A stretch of 64,000 nucleotides of DNA from an uncultured Acidobacteriota bacterium (GCA_963789075.1 CAWBJQ010000012.1:23306-87305); one strand, 5' to 3'. Shown: positions 30,357 through 41,363, counted from the stretch's first letter. Notes: generated by a model from the sequence alone, not told the origin. Program-made: numbers and translations.

Positions 30357-33346
30357 CTTCAGATGGCGCCGAGGTCTGCCCCAGGATCTTCAGCAGGTCA
30401 CCCTCACCGAGGAAGATCAGCGTGCGCCGGCCGCCCTTCCGATCGTCGGTGATGATCACGCGCTTGCCCGGCAGCACGGCTTCGAGCGCCTCCATCTGCA
30501 GCCGGAACATGGTCAGCACGGTGGTTCCGGCCTGCGACACGCGAGAGAGGAAGCGCGCCGAATCGCCCTGGCTGTGGTCGATGAGGCTGATCCGATAGCC
30601 GGCCGCCTCCTCCAGCTTTGCCTTGGCGTTGCCGCGCGCGATGGGGACCGATTCCTTAGCTGTAGGCGTCGGCCTCGTTGATGCGCGTCACGCGCTCCTC
30701 TTCGGCGCTCGCCACATCGCGAAACGCATCGACGACTTCGACGGGCGGATGCACGTCGGCCAGATGAATCGCGAGCACGTCGACGCCGGCGCCGACCGCT
30801 GCAAGCCGCGCTCGCACCGCGTCGGTCCACCGCTCCTCGAGGTCTTGTCGATCCGTCGTCAGCATCGCGTCGAACCGATAACCGGCGGCCAGATTGCGAA
30901 GCGTGCCCTCCGCGACCATCCGGACGAGCGCCTCGCCGTCTCGGACGCCGAAGAGATACCGCGCCGGATCGGCGATCGTGTAGTGCAACACGGCATACAG
31001 CTCCAACATGTTTTCGTCGCCAGTGAGCACGAGGTTCTCGTCGGCGACCTGCTGCACCTGCCCTTCGCCGTGCGGCGTGTTCCATTCGAGATCGATCGCA
31101 CCGACGGGCGCGACGGCCGGCGAGCGAAACCCGAGTTCGAGCACGCGAACCCGTCGCGGCGCATGACGCGTGACGACCTCGATCGGCCACGGCGCCCGGA
31201 GGTGCAGACCTGGCGACAGTTGGGCGTCCACGAGGCGGCCGAAGCGCTGGACCGCGGCCGATTCGCCAGGGCCAAGGACGACGACGCCCGACAGCAGCCA
31301 CGCGGTGGCGACAACAGTCGGGACGCCCCGAGCCAGGGCACGACGGTGACGCGTCAGCCCGCGGTCGAGTGCGTCGCCGAGCGCTTTGCGCCAATGTCTT
31401 CCGCGCTCGGTCGCCTTCGCACCCCACTCGCGCCACGCGCGCGGGTCGCGGACGCGATGCTCGATCAAGAGGCTGACCGATCCGAGGATCACGACCAGCG
31501 ACACGATTTGATGGAGCAATGCGGACGCCGCCGGTTTCAGGTAGCCCATGCCAGCGGCCAGAATCGCCAGTGCATTGACGCCCAGCGCAAAGGCGATGAT
31601 GTTGAACCGCACCCTCCAGACGGTCTGTCGCGCCAGCACGATGAGCGCGGCGATCGCCTCGAGCTTCGGCTCCAGCGCCACCACCTGCGCGGCTTCCGCC
31701 GACAGGTCGGCCGCGCCACGGCCGAAGGCGAGGCCCACGTGCGCAGCGGCGAGCGCCGGTGCATCGTTGACCCCGTCCCCCACCATCAGGACTCGTCGAG
31801 GCGCCGCCGAGAGCTCTTTCAGCCGCAGCAGCTTGTCTTCCGGCAGCAGGGCGGCGTACACGTGGTCGCGCTCGATGCCGACGTGCTCCGCGACCGCCTC
31901 CGCGACCGCACGTTCATCTCCTGTCAACAAATAGATGTCTTTGATCCCTGCCGTCTTGAGCGCCGCCACCGCCGCAACCGCATCCGCGCGCGGTGTGTCC
32001 ATGAGGCCAATGAGCCCGGCGAGCACGCCGTCGACGGCGACGACGACGTGTGTGTCGCCGGGGCGGCCGCTGCTCGCCACGAAGTCGTCGATGTCGGCGG
32101 CCGCGTCTGAGCCGAGCTCCCGCAGGAACGCGACGTTGCCAACGTGTACGTCGCGACCGTCGACACGCGCGGCGACACCCTTCCCAGGCCGCGACGAAAA
32201 CGTCTCGGTCGGCGGCAACTCGAGCTCACGCCGCGTCGCCTCGGCAACCAGAGCGCGCCCGACAGCATGCTCTGAAAGCTGTTCGGCCGTTGCGGCGAGC
32301 CGCAGCACTTCGTCCGCGCTGAAGTTGGCAGCGGGAACGATGGTGGTGACGGAAGGACGTCCCTCCGTCAACGTGCCCGTTTTGTCGAACGCGACAGCGT
32401 TCACACCGCTGAGGGCCTCGAGTGTATCGCCGCCCTTCACGAGAATGCCATCGCGGGCCAGGCGTGCGATCGCCGCCGCGAAGGCGGCCGGCGCCGCGTA
32501 GACCAGCGCGCACGAACAGGCGACGAGCAGCACCGCAGACGCGCGAAGCGCTTCGCCGGTGAGGAAGTACACGACGACGGCACTCACGAGAATCACCGGC
32601 AGGAACACCTGCGATAGCCGATCGGCCGTTCGCACGATCGGCGGCCGGCGGCGTTTCGCGGCAGCAACGAGGCGGCCGATGCGCGCCAGCGTCGTGTCGG
32701 TGCCGACCTGCTCCGGCCGAATCTCGAGGGCGCCGTGGTCGAGAATGGTCCCGCAATAAACTTGCGCGCCCGGCCGCTTGAGCACGGGAATCGATTCGCC
32801 GGTGACCAGCGACTGGTCGACGGTGGCTTCCCCGCCGGCCACCACGCCGTCGACAGGAAGACGCTCCCCGCCCCGCACCACGACGCGATCGCTCAATCGC
32901 ACGTCGGCGCTGGCCACGTTCATCTCGTGGCCCTCGCGAATGACTGTCGCGCGATCGGGCTGAATGGACATCAACCCGACGATCGCGCGCTCGGCGCGAT
33001 GCATCGCCCAGTGTTCGAGCCCGTCGCCGACCAGCACGATGATCACGACTTCCGCAGCCGCCAGGAACTCGCCGGCGAGAGCGGCGATCAGGGCCGCGAC
33101 AGCGATCGCGACGTCGTAGGTAATCCGCGCCGAACGGATGGCCTGCCAGGCCCTCATGGCGAGCGGATAGGCGCCTAACGCGGCGACGAGGAGGGCGGTA
33201 TTCAGGCCGAAGATCTGTGTGAGCACGCCGGTCGCGTTCAGCCCGACGGTGACGATCGCAAACGCGAGCAGCCCGACGCGACCCTGCCATGTCGGCGGCC
33301 ACGGCTCGGCGTGATCGTGGTGGTGGAGATCCTCGGCATCTATCAT
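30343..33346 (-). CDS. P1B-type heavy-metal-translocating P-type ATPase (His-rich N-terminus) continuing in-frame into an HflK-like SPFH domain; one frameshift near 30640 inside the SPFH part
   Basis: MIDAEDLHHHDHAEP..TGESIPV..DKTGTLTEGRP..GDGVNDAPALAAAHVGLAFG..last TM LGSVSLLIEH. A 45-aa linker has no stop or start. Then TM, ..AVQRFGRLVDAQLSPGLHLRAPWPIEVV..AFRDVASAEEERV, then shifts to IARGNAKAKLEEAAGYRISLIDHSQGDSARFLSRVSQAGTTVLTMFRLQMEALEAV..*. Confidence 0.6.
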
Positions 33347-33537
33347 GACGAGAGAAGTTCATCCCGTCTCGTCAACCAGCGACAGAAGTTTTCAACCAAC
33401 TCCACTGTGAGACCGCCCAACGGTCCGGCCTGTGGCATGGACGGACGTTTGCCATCCCGGTCCACTCGACCCGCCTTTTCGGCTTTCCGTTGGGTTCGAC
33501 TGATCCAAATGCGTGTGTGCGACCATACTGTCGCCGC

Positions 33538-34233
33538 ATGGACACAGTGCTCGACGTCGAGGATCTCTCGGTCAGCTTCGGCGCGACACCAATCCTCCGT
33601 CACTTGAGCTTTCAAGTCGTCCGAGGATCGTCGGTCGCGATCATCGGACCGAACGGCGCCGGCAAGACCGTTCTGCTGCGGGCCCTCATTGGCGCCACCC
33701 CGCACACCGGGAGCGTTCGTTGGGCGCCAGGGATCCGCTTTGGCTACGTCCCGCAAAAACTGGATCTCGTGCGCGACGTACCGATCACCGGCTCGGACTT
33801 TCTACACGCGAAGGCGGCGTGCGACGGGCGTGCGACGACGCCGGCCGCCGACGTCCTGCGTGCGGTCGGCTTGTCGGAGCGGGCGTGTGCGCAGTCCATC
33901 GGGTCGCTCTCCGGCGGGCAGTTCCAGCGGCTGCTCGTGGCGTTCGCGTTGATGGGCGAACCCGACGTCCTGCTGCTCGACGAACCGACCGCCGGCGTCG
34001 ACGAGAACGGCCAGGAACGTCTCAACGAGCTCGTGCACCGGCTGCAGAGGGAGCGCGGCCTCACCGTCCTGCTCATCTCACACGATCTGTCGGTCGTGTC
34101 TCTTCACGCGACGAATGTGCTGTGCCTCGGACCCGATCGCGTCTGCTTCGGTCCGCCGCGGACGATCCTCACGCCAGAGCTGCTGAACGAAATCTACGGA
34201 GCACCGGTCGCATTTCATGTCCATGACCATTGA
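33538..34233 (+). CDS. Metal-type (Znu/Mnt/Tro-like) ABC transporter ATP-binding protein
   Basis: IIGPNGAGKTVLLRAL..LSGGQFQRLLVAFAL..LLLDEPTAGVD. Confidence 0.8.
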   Translation: MDTVLDVEDLSVSFGATPILRHLSFQVVRGSSVAIIGPNGAGKTVLLRALIGATPHTGSVRWAPGIRFGYVPQKLDLVRDVPITGSDFLHAKAACDGRATTPAADVLRAVGLSERACAQSIGSLSGGQFQRLLVAFALMGEPDVLLLDEPTAGVDENGQERLNELVHRLQRERGLTVLLISHDLSVVSLHATNVLCLGPDRVCFGPPRTILTPELLNEIYGAPVAFHVHDH

Positions 34234-34990
34234 GGCGTTGCTACTCTCAGCCGCGATGGCGGCCGCGGCCGGACTCGTCGGCTGCTTTGCCGTGATGCGG
34301 CGAATGGCGCTCGCCGGCGACGCGCTGTCGCATGTGGCGCTGCCCGGGATCGCCGTCGCGCTGGCGCTCCACGTCCATCCGTTGTTCGGCGCCGCAGCGA
34401 TGCTCTTCTTCGGCGCGCTGATCGTCTGGGCGATCGAAGATCGGTCGCGACTCGCAACCGAAACGATCATCGGTGTGATTTTTTCCGCTGCGCTCGCCGT
34501 TGGGAGTCTGGCAACATCCGGCGAAGACCTCATTGAAGCGCTGTTTGGCGGCGCGGCGGCGAGCCCTTCCCGCTTGGAGACCGTCTTCGGGCTGGTCGCG
34601 GCCGTCGGCGTGATGCTGTTCGTGCTCAGCCGCAAGAACGCACTCGTGATCGCCCTCGTGTCGCCCGATATCGCTCGAACGGTGGGGATCAACGTTCAGC
34701 GGCTCAACTTGCTCTACCTGGAAATGTTCGCGCTGACGGTCGCGCTCGGCCTTCGTTACCTTGGCGTGCTGCTCATGGGTTCGCTCATCATCATTCCTGC
34801 AGCGACCGCCAAACGCCTATCCGGCAACCTAAATCAAATGTTGGCCACGGCCGCGATCATCGCCATCGCGGCAACGCTGGCCGGATCCGCGACGGCCGCT
34901 TCGCTCCATCGGCCCACGGGTCCGCTCATCGTCTCGCTCGCTGCCGCCGGCTTCTTCCTCAGTTTTTTGGTGCCTGAACGAAGCGCCTGA
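34217..34990 (+). CDS. ABC-3 family metal permease (ZnuB/MntB-like)
   Basis: The 257-aa polytopic ORF ..DALSHVALPGIAVA.. overlaps the ATPase gene by 17 nt. Confidence 0.75.
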   Translation: MSMTIEALLLSAAMAAAAGLVGCFAVMRRMALAGDALSHVALPGIAVALALHVHPLFGAAAMLFFGALIVWAIEDRSRLATETIIGVIFSAALAVGSLATSGEDLIEALFGGAAASPSRLETVFGLVAAVGVMLFVLSRKNALVIALVSPDIARTVGINVQRLNLLYLEMFALTVALGLRYLGVLLMGSLIIIPAATAKRLSGNLNQMLATAAIIAIAATLAGSATAASLHRPTGPLIVSLAAAGFFLSFLVPERSA

Positions 34991-35008
34991 GCTCTCACGG
35001 CGCTGGCG

Positions 35009-36523
35009 TTACTCGGACGCCAGGCGCAAGGCGTTGAACAGGCATGCGAGCTCCGCGCCCGCTCGAACCAGAACCGCGACCACCGGGCTCAGGACGCCCG
35101 CGGCCGCCAGCGCGACGCCTGTGACATCGACGAGCAGCGTTCCCGTGATGTTCGCGACAATCACGCGGTGCGCTCTTCTGGCGAGGCACACGACGTCGAC
35201 CAGCGACCCGAAATCGTGGCGCGGCAGCATGACGTCCGCGGTCGTGTCCGCAGTCGCGATCGCGGGTTCGATCGTGATGCCCACGTGGGCCGCCTCGAGC
35301 GCCGCCGCGTCTTCGATCGCATCGCCGACCATCGCCACGCGTCGCCGCGTCATCAGATCCCGTACGCGCTGACCCCGTTCAGCGGGACCCAGATCCGGCT
35401 CAAAATCGTCGACCTTCAGCTCTCGGGCGATCGGTTCCGCCGCTATTCGTGAATCATCGGTGAGCAGATGCGTCTGGATGGCCAGCGACTTGAGTCCGGC
35501 GATCGCGCGCGTGGCATCGGGTCGCGGCCGCTTCGCAAGCGCGATGGCGCCCAGGTACCGCCCGCCGCGCACGACAAAGACGGTCACGGACGAAGCGTCG
35601 GTGGAAGCGCCAGCCAGCCGTCCCTCAGTCACGAAGGCCGTGCTCCCGACCAGTATCTCTTCGCCGCAGTGCACCGCCCTGACCCCACATCCCTGAATCA
35701 GGGAGAATTCGCCGGGTTCCGGCACGGTGAGGCGTTTCTCGGCCGCCGATCGGACGATCGCGCGGCCGATGGGGTGGTTCGACACTCGTTCGGCAATGGC
35801 CGCAGACTTCAGCACGTCGTGGACCGACACGCCCGTCGCCGGATAGATCGTGCTCACCACGGGTTCGTCGAAGACCATCGACGCCGTTGAACCGAGCACG
35901 ACGGTGTCGCACGACCACAACGCTTCGAGACACCTGCCACCCTGGACGATGGCGCCGCGACCGAGGCTTCGAGCGACCGCGGCCGATACGGCCACGCGTG
36001 CGCTCCGGCCCACGCCGCACGTCACAACGACGGCGACTGACGCGGCGGTTCGGACGTCGCGTGTCACCAGAAGCGTCACCGCGGCTGCACTCAGACCGCA
36101 GTAGACAAGGACTCGGCTCAGGCGATCGGCGGCGTCTTCTATCGGCGCGCACAGACGCTGGCCGCGGTCGATGGTGTCGACCATGCGCGCGGTCGCCCAC
36201 TCCCCCACGATCGACACCAGCCGGAATGCCAATGCCGTAATGAGCGCGGCTGCGAGCTCGCCCACGGCGAGCTCCGCGCCGATGACAATGGTGACCGACA
36301 CCGCCGTCGTGACGCGGCGCGCCGCGACGTCGTCGATCGCACGTTTCAGAATGGAAGAACCGCCAACGATGACGGCGACGAGGGGGAGAAGGGCGGGATG
36401 CCCGGACGGATTCAGGTGGAACCACGTCAGCAGGGCGGCGCCACTCAGCGTGGCAATCTGGAGCAGATCGAGGGCTGTTGCCGGCGGGCCAGAATCAGGC
36501 CCGCCGGCGACGGCTGAGATCAT
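35009..36523 (-). CDS. Degenerate, actuator-domain-less P1B-ATPase homologue with every catalytic motif substituted (putative pseudo-ATPase), intact 504 aa
   Basis: Aligns in one frame with P1B ATPases: CPC becomes VVTCGVG; DKTGT becomes DTVVLGSTASMVFDEP; the conserved HP is kept (SNHPIGRAIV); TGDN becomes LTDDS; GDGxNDxP becomes GDAIEDAA. The TGES domain is missing. The ATG overlaps the upstream receptor stop as TGATG. Confidence 0.65.
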   Translation of the reverse strand: MISAVAGGPDSGPPATALDLLQIATLSGAALLTWFHLNPSGHPALLPLVAVIVGGSSILKRAIDDVAARRVTTAVSVTIVIGAELAVGELAAALITALAFRLVSIVGEWATARMVDTIDRGQRLCAPIEDAADRLSRVLVYCGLSAAAVTLLVTRDVRTAASVAVVVTCGVGRSARVAVSAAVARSLGRGAIVQGGRCLEALWSCDTVVLGSTASMVFDEPVVSTIYPATGVSVHDVLKSAAIAERVSNHPIGRAIVRSAAEKRLTVPEPGEFSLIQGCGVRAVHCGEEILVGSTAFVTEGRLAGASTDASSVTVFVVRGGRYLGAIALAKRPRPDATRAIAGLKSLAIQTHLLTDDSRIAAEPIARELKVDDFEPDLGPAERGQRVRDLMTRRRVAMVGDAIEDAAALEAAHVGITIEPAIATADTTADVMLPRHDFGSLVDVVCLARRAHRVIVANITGTLLVDVTGVALAAAGVLSPVVAVLVRAGAELACLFNALRLASE

Positions 36524-39033
36524 CAGAATGTGACGCCCACGTTGACCTGATAGGCGCGCGGTGTCACGAAGTGCGTGCCGCTGAACGTCGAGAGGAAGTT
36601 GTACAGCGCTTCCTTGTTGGTCAGGTTGATGACGCTGAAACGGACCCGCACCTTCGCCTTCTGTCCCTGGAAGACGTTGTCGACGCCAAGGCCGAGATCG
36701 AACAGATTGCGGGGTGCGATGCGCGGCGGATTCGTCACATCGTCCTCGGTCCCTTCGGCGGGAATCCTCAGACGACTCGCCGTGAAGTTCGAGGGCGTGC
36801 AGTCCGCGGCCGTGAGTTGATGACCAAGGCTCGCGGGTACGCCGCCGCACGAGAATCCAATCGCCGCCTGCTGATCCGCCGTGAGGCCGAGTGCGTCCTC
36901 CAGGCTGCCGACCGAGCCTGCGACCAGGCCGGAGTCGTACCGCCACGACAACGCCGCCCACGCGCCCGTCCGCTTCTCGAAGACATACTGCAGGTTGGTG
37001 GTCGAGTTGAATTTCTGATCGTGGTCGATCCGGAAGTCGCCAGCCGGCTGCTCCAGCAGAATGCCGCCCACTCCAGGCGGCGAGTAGATGGCGTTGGTGT
37101 GGGCCATCACGAAGAACGCACTGAACCCTCCGTGCTCGACGAGATTCACGCGGCCGGTGAACCCGTTGATCCGCGAATGATCCCACGCGACGGGGAACGC
37201 GATTGGCGTGTTGAACAGGACGTTGAAGTCGTAGCCGTTCTGCGTGTGCTTGTTGAAATAGCCGAAGTCGGCCACAACCCAACGGCCGATTCCCTGCTGG
37301 GCGCCGACCTCGATCTCGTTACGAACGCCCGGCGGCGGCGGCGCGCCTACGCCAAATAGCCCGTTCAAGCCGACGCCTGCCGACAGCAGCAGGTTCTCGT
37401 TGTACGGCGTTTCCATGGTCCGCCCGTAGGACGCCCGCAGCACGGTTCCGGGACCGGGAACCGCGTACGACACGCCCACGCGCGGCTGGAGCTCTGTCTT
37501 CGTGGTGAGCCCGTCGTAGTGATCGAGGCGCAACCCGGCCTTGATCGTTGCATCGCCGGCCTTGATGTCATCCTGAATGTAGGCCGCCTGCTGCTTGATC
37601 GTCCCGGACTGGTCGTAGACGAGCGGTGATCCGCCGGCCGACAAGTCGAACGGCGCGAATGTCGGATCGAAGTTGCCGTCGGGGCCTGCAAACGTCGGGT
37701 CCGTATTGTCGGTGACGCCGAGGGTGAAATTCTCGTGGAGCTTGGTGGCGCTGACCGAGCCGCCGACTTTCACGTTCTGATTGCCCGTCGTGTACGACAC
37801 GTCGGCCTTGACGCCGTAATTGGTCAGCCTGCGATTCTGACTGATCGTGGCGGGCGTGTCGGCAAACGGATCCGCGCTCGGCTGGTACGTCAGATGGTCC
37901 TGGCGGACGAATCCGTTGGCCGTGAAAAGGGTCTTCGATCCGATGACGCGCGTATAGCCAGGCGCGATGTTGAACGAGTTGATGTTCTGGTGCTGCGTCT
38001 GGGCAATCTGATCGTACGTGTTCGGCACATCGAAGCTCGACCTGGCCGCCTGAATGTTGAGGTGCAGCGAATTGATGTCGTCCGGATGAAAGTCGAGGCG
38101 GTTGAAGAGCGACAGGCCGTTGCCGGTGTCGTGCAGCGCGGTGAATTCCGGCGGATCGAGGAACCGATCGGTGCGCATCCCGGACAAGGAGAGAAACTCG
38201 CCGACCTTACTTGAACCGGCGCCCATATTGAACTCACCGGTCGGGCTCTTGAACGAGCCGTATCCGACCGACGCGGTGCCGGTCGGCTTGGCCTGATCGA
38301 GACCGGACTTCGTGACGATGTGGACCACGAGGCTCGTTTTGTCACCGTATTCGGCAGGCGCGACACCCGTGATGATCTCCATCGACTCCACCGCATCCTG
38401 CGAGATCTGGTTCGAGTACAGCTTGCTCTGCTGGTCGGTGATCGGTTGGTTGTCGATCGAGAACTGTGTTTGCGCGTGGTCGCCGATCGGGTGGAAGAAG
38501 CCGTTGGAATCGGCCACGACACCGGGCGACGCGAGCGTAATCACTTGATTCAGCCCCGATGACGATTCGAGCGGCATCTTTTCGATGACGCTTCGGTCGA
38601 TGTCCGTGTGGGCCGTCGGATCGCGTTCCACGAGATCTTCGGTGTGGCCGACGACCTGCACCGTGCTCGTGGCGCCCTCCAGTTGGAGAACAAGGTCGAG
38701 GTCCATCGGCACCGCGGTCCGCACGTCCACGTCGCGCTCGAGCGCCTGGAACCCTTGCGCCTGAACCGACACGTGATAGGGGTTGGGCGGCAAGTTGCTG
38801 AACACGTACTTGCCGGACGCATCCGTGGTCGCCGTGCGGGAGAACCCGGTCACCGGGTTGCTGATCTTGACCTCAACCGCCTGCATCACGCCGCCGGTGG
38901 GATCCTTGACCGTGCCGCGCACAGTGCCCGCGCCGCCGAGGCTTTGAGCACTGGCGCTTCCGCTCACCAACAAGACAAGAGCCACCAGGCACGCCGCAAT
39001 ACCTGATGTAAATCCTCGCACACGAATACGCAT
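36523..39033 (-). CDS. TonB-dependent receptor with carboxypeptidase-regulatory-like N-domain, intact
   Basis: Signal peptide MRIRVRGFTSGIAACLVALVLLVSGSASAQ..GTVRGTVKDPTGGVMQAVEVKISNP..ASGKYVFSNLPPNPYHV...beta-barrel...YQVNVGVTF*. Confidence 0.85.
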   Translation of the reverse strand: MRIRVRGFTSGIAACLVALVLLVSGSASAQSLGGAGTVRGTVKDPTGGVMQAVEVKISNPVTGFSRTATTDASGKYVFSNLPPNPYHVSVQAQGFQALERDVDVRTAVPMDLDLVLQLEGATSTVQVVGHTEDLVERDPTAHTDIDRSVIEKMPLESSSGLNQVITLASPGVVADSNGFFHPIGDHAQTQFSIDNQPITDQQSKLYSNQISQDAVESMEIITGVAPAEYGDKTSLVVHIVTKSGLDQAKPTGTASVGYGSFKSPTGEFNMGAGSSKVGEFLSLSGMRTDRFLDPPEFTALHDTGNGLSLFNRLDFHPDDINSLHLNIQAARSSFDVPNTYDQIAQTQHQNINSFNIAPGYTRVIGSKTLFTANGFVRQDHLTYQPSADPFADTPATISQNRRLTNYGVKADVSYTTGNQNVKVGGSVSATKLHENFTLGVTDNTDPTFAGPDGNFDPTFAPFDLSAGGSPLVYDQSGTIKQQAAYIQDDIKAGDATIKAGLRLDHYDGLTTKTELQPRVGVSYAVPGPGTVLRASYGRTMETPYNENLLLSAGVGLNGLFGVGAPPPPGVRNEIEVGAQQGIGRWVVADFGYFNKHTQNGYDFNVLFNTPIAFPVAWDHSRINGFTGRVNLVEHGGFSAFFVMAHTNAIYSPPGVGGILLEQPAGDFRIDHDQKFNSTTNLQYVFEKRTGAWAALSWRYDSGLVAGSVGSLEDALGLTADQQAAIGFSCGGVPASLGHQLTAADCTPSNFTASRLRIPAEGTEDDVTNPPRIAPRNLFDLGLGVDNVFQGQKAKVRVRFSVINLTNKEALYNFLSTFSGTHFVTPRAYQVNVGVTF

Positions 39034-39376
39034 AACACCTCTTTCGCGAGCAGAACGGACCTTCCGCCCGAACCATTTCGTCCGGAGCACACTAGCAGCC
39101 GACGACCAAGCCCACGACCAGAACCACACGGATGGTTGGCCAGATCTCGTGGATGGCCGGCATCGGCCAACGAATGGATAGGCATCGGCACGGAGTGCGC
39201 ATCGCGCGCCGGAGTCGCGTCCTTCCCGGCGGCCCACGTCCGTTCGATGCCGTCGCCCACTCGTTCGTCGAATTGAACCGTTCGTGCCCGTCGGTCGTCG
39301 CCCGTTCGCGGACTTCAGATATCGGCGCGGCGCCGGGCAGCGCTATCGTGCTTCTGGCGTCAGCGACATCTATTCA

Positions 39377-41363
39377 ATGAGCGAGCTCCTGAATCTCATC
39401 GGCATCACCACCGGTGTTGCGCTTTACGCAATGTTGTTGACACTTGTTGTTCGGGCGACTCGCGCTTCGTCCGGCCACCAGACCTTCGATCCAGTGCTCC
39501 TCGCAACGGCGTTGCTCGGCTTGGTCTGGAATCTCTGCGCACTGCCCGCCTACGAGCTGCCGAAGGTCGGCATCGTCGGACCATTTCCCTGGCTGGTCGC
39601 GATCGGTTTCAGCGCACTTGGGTTCCTGCCGGCGGCGGTCGTGCACTCGATCCTGCGAGAACGACCGACGGGTATTCGTGGAGGATTGAAGCGAGCGCTT
39701 GCGGCGGCGGCGTATACCGTGAGCACCGTGGCGCTCGTGCTCCAGTTTCGCGCGGCGGCAACGGGCGCCACGGTGCCTTCGGCGCTCGCGATGGAACTGT
39801 TGACCTACGCCTTCATCGTGCTGGTCCTGCCGCTCGCGGCCGTCACCCGAGGGCAGCCTGGTGCGCGCCGCGCGCTGTGGATTGCTGCGCTCGCCACGTT
39901 CGCCGTGTCGGCGCTGCATCTCAGCCAGATCCACCAGGGCGAAGCGTCCTGGCCGGTTGAGCTGCTCGGCCATCACGCATCCGTGCCGTTGGCCTTCGCG
40001 ATGTTGTACCAGGACTATCCGTTCGCCCTGGCTGATCTGTTTCTGAAGCGGGCCGTGGCGCTTCTGCTGCTCGTCGTCACCTCGTTTGCGGCGATCGCGC
40101 TCTTCGCCGCTTCGTCTGCCGCGTTCGCGCGCTTCGTTCAGATGGATCCGCGCCAGATGGGCGTGCTCGTGACCGTTTGGATTGGGACGGCGTTGGTGTA
40201 CCCGACACTGCGTCGCAGTGCATTCTGGTTCGTCGACACCGTCGTGCTCCACCGGCCGAACTATCGCTCGCTGCGCGCGACGATCGCGAGAAGGCTTCAG
40301 GCCAGTGAATCGACACCGGAGGTGTTGTCCGACGTGTGCGAGCTGCTGGCTCAGGCCCTCAACGCGCGCGCCGTTGAGTGGCACGCAACAACGACTCGGG
40401 GGGACGAGGCGCTCGGCAGCGCCGGCGTGCTGGTCGATGCACGCGCCGTCGAGGCGGCGCAACGGCTCGCCTCATCATCGCTCGAGCCGAATGCGTGGAC
40501 GCGCATCCTCCGCCCGGCGGCCATTGTCGTGGTGCCGACGGCCGAGGAACCGCGGCATGCCCTCATCGTCGACGAGCTGATGGGCGGCCGCCGCCTGCTG
40601 TCCGATGAAGTGACGACGCTCGAAACCGTCGGACTCCTGGCGGCTCGGCGCATCGACGCCATCCGCATTACCAGCGAGCGCCACCAACGCGAGCTGCGAG
40701 AGCAGGAAGTCGAAAAGCTCGCCAGCGAAGCGGAGCTCCGCGCCCTGAGAGCACAAATCAACCCGCATTTCCTGTTCAACGCGCTGACGACGATCGGATA
40801 TCTGATTCAGACAGCCCCCGACCGCGCCCTCGAGACGTTGCTGCGGTTGACTCTGCTCCTGCGCGGTGTGCTGCGATCGGAAGGCGAATTCACCACGCTC
40901 GGTCGAGAGCTCGGAGATCGTCGAGTCGTACCTCGACATCGAGCGCGCACGCTTCGAACAACGCTTGCGAGTCCGCATCGACGTACCGCGGACGCTCGCA
41001 GGCGCCCGCGTCCCGCCCCTTCTCCTGCAGCCGCTGGTCGAGAACGCGGTCAAGCACGGCATCACGCCTCTCAGAGGCGGCGGCGAGGTCATCGTGTCGG
41101 CCAGGCTTCAACCGACGGATCGCGGAAAGACCGCGCTCGTGCTGACCGTGCGAGACACCGGAGCGGGGACGACGCCGGCGAACCTGGAGCAGCGACGAAG
41201 CGACGGCGTCGGTCTACGGAACGTTGAGCGGCGTTTGGCCTGCCAGTACGGCGCGGCGGCGGCGTTGACCGTCCAGACCGCACCACGCGAGGGGACGACC
41301 GTCACCATCCTGCTGCCGGCGGAATTCATCGCGCGAGAACATGCAGCCACGAGAGTGATATGA
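39377..41363 (+). CDS. LytS-type sensor histidine kinase with multi-TM N-domain; one frameshift near 40910
   Basis: INPHFLFNALTTIGYLIQ (H-box), then shifts to LLLQPLVENAVKHGITP..VRDTGAGT. Confidence 0.75.

Noticed and set aside
33347-33537. Possible palindromic metalloregulator operator in the divergent ATPase / znuC-like region
   Set aside because: Only trivial short symmetry (atgg...ccat) was found by eye, with no convincing Zur/Fur-like inverted repeat. The region is left as an unannotated candidate.
36523-37282. The N-terminal 253 residues of the 757-aa ORF 35009..37282
   Set aside because: This part overlaps the receptor C-terminus in another frame and is Arg/Gly/Pro-rich. The real gene starts at the ATG at 36523, immediately after the receptor stop.
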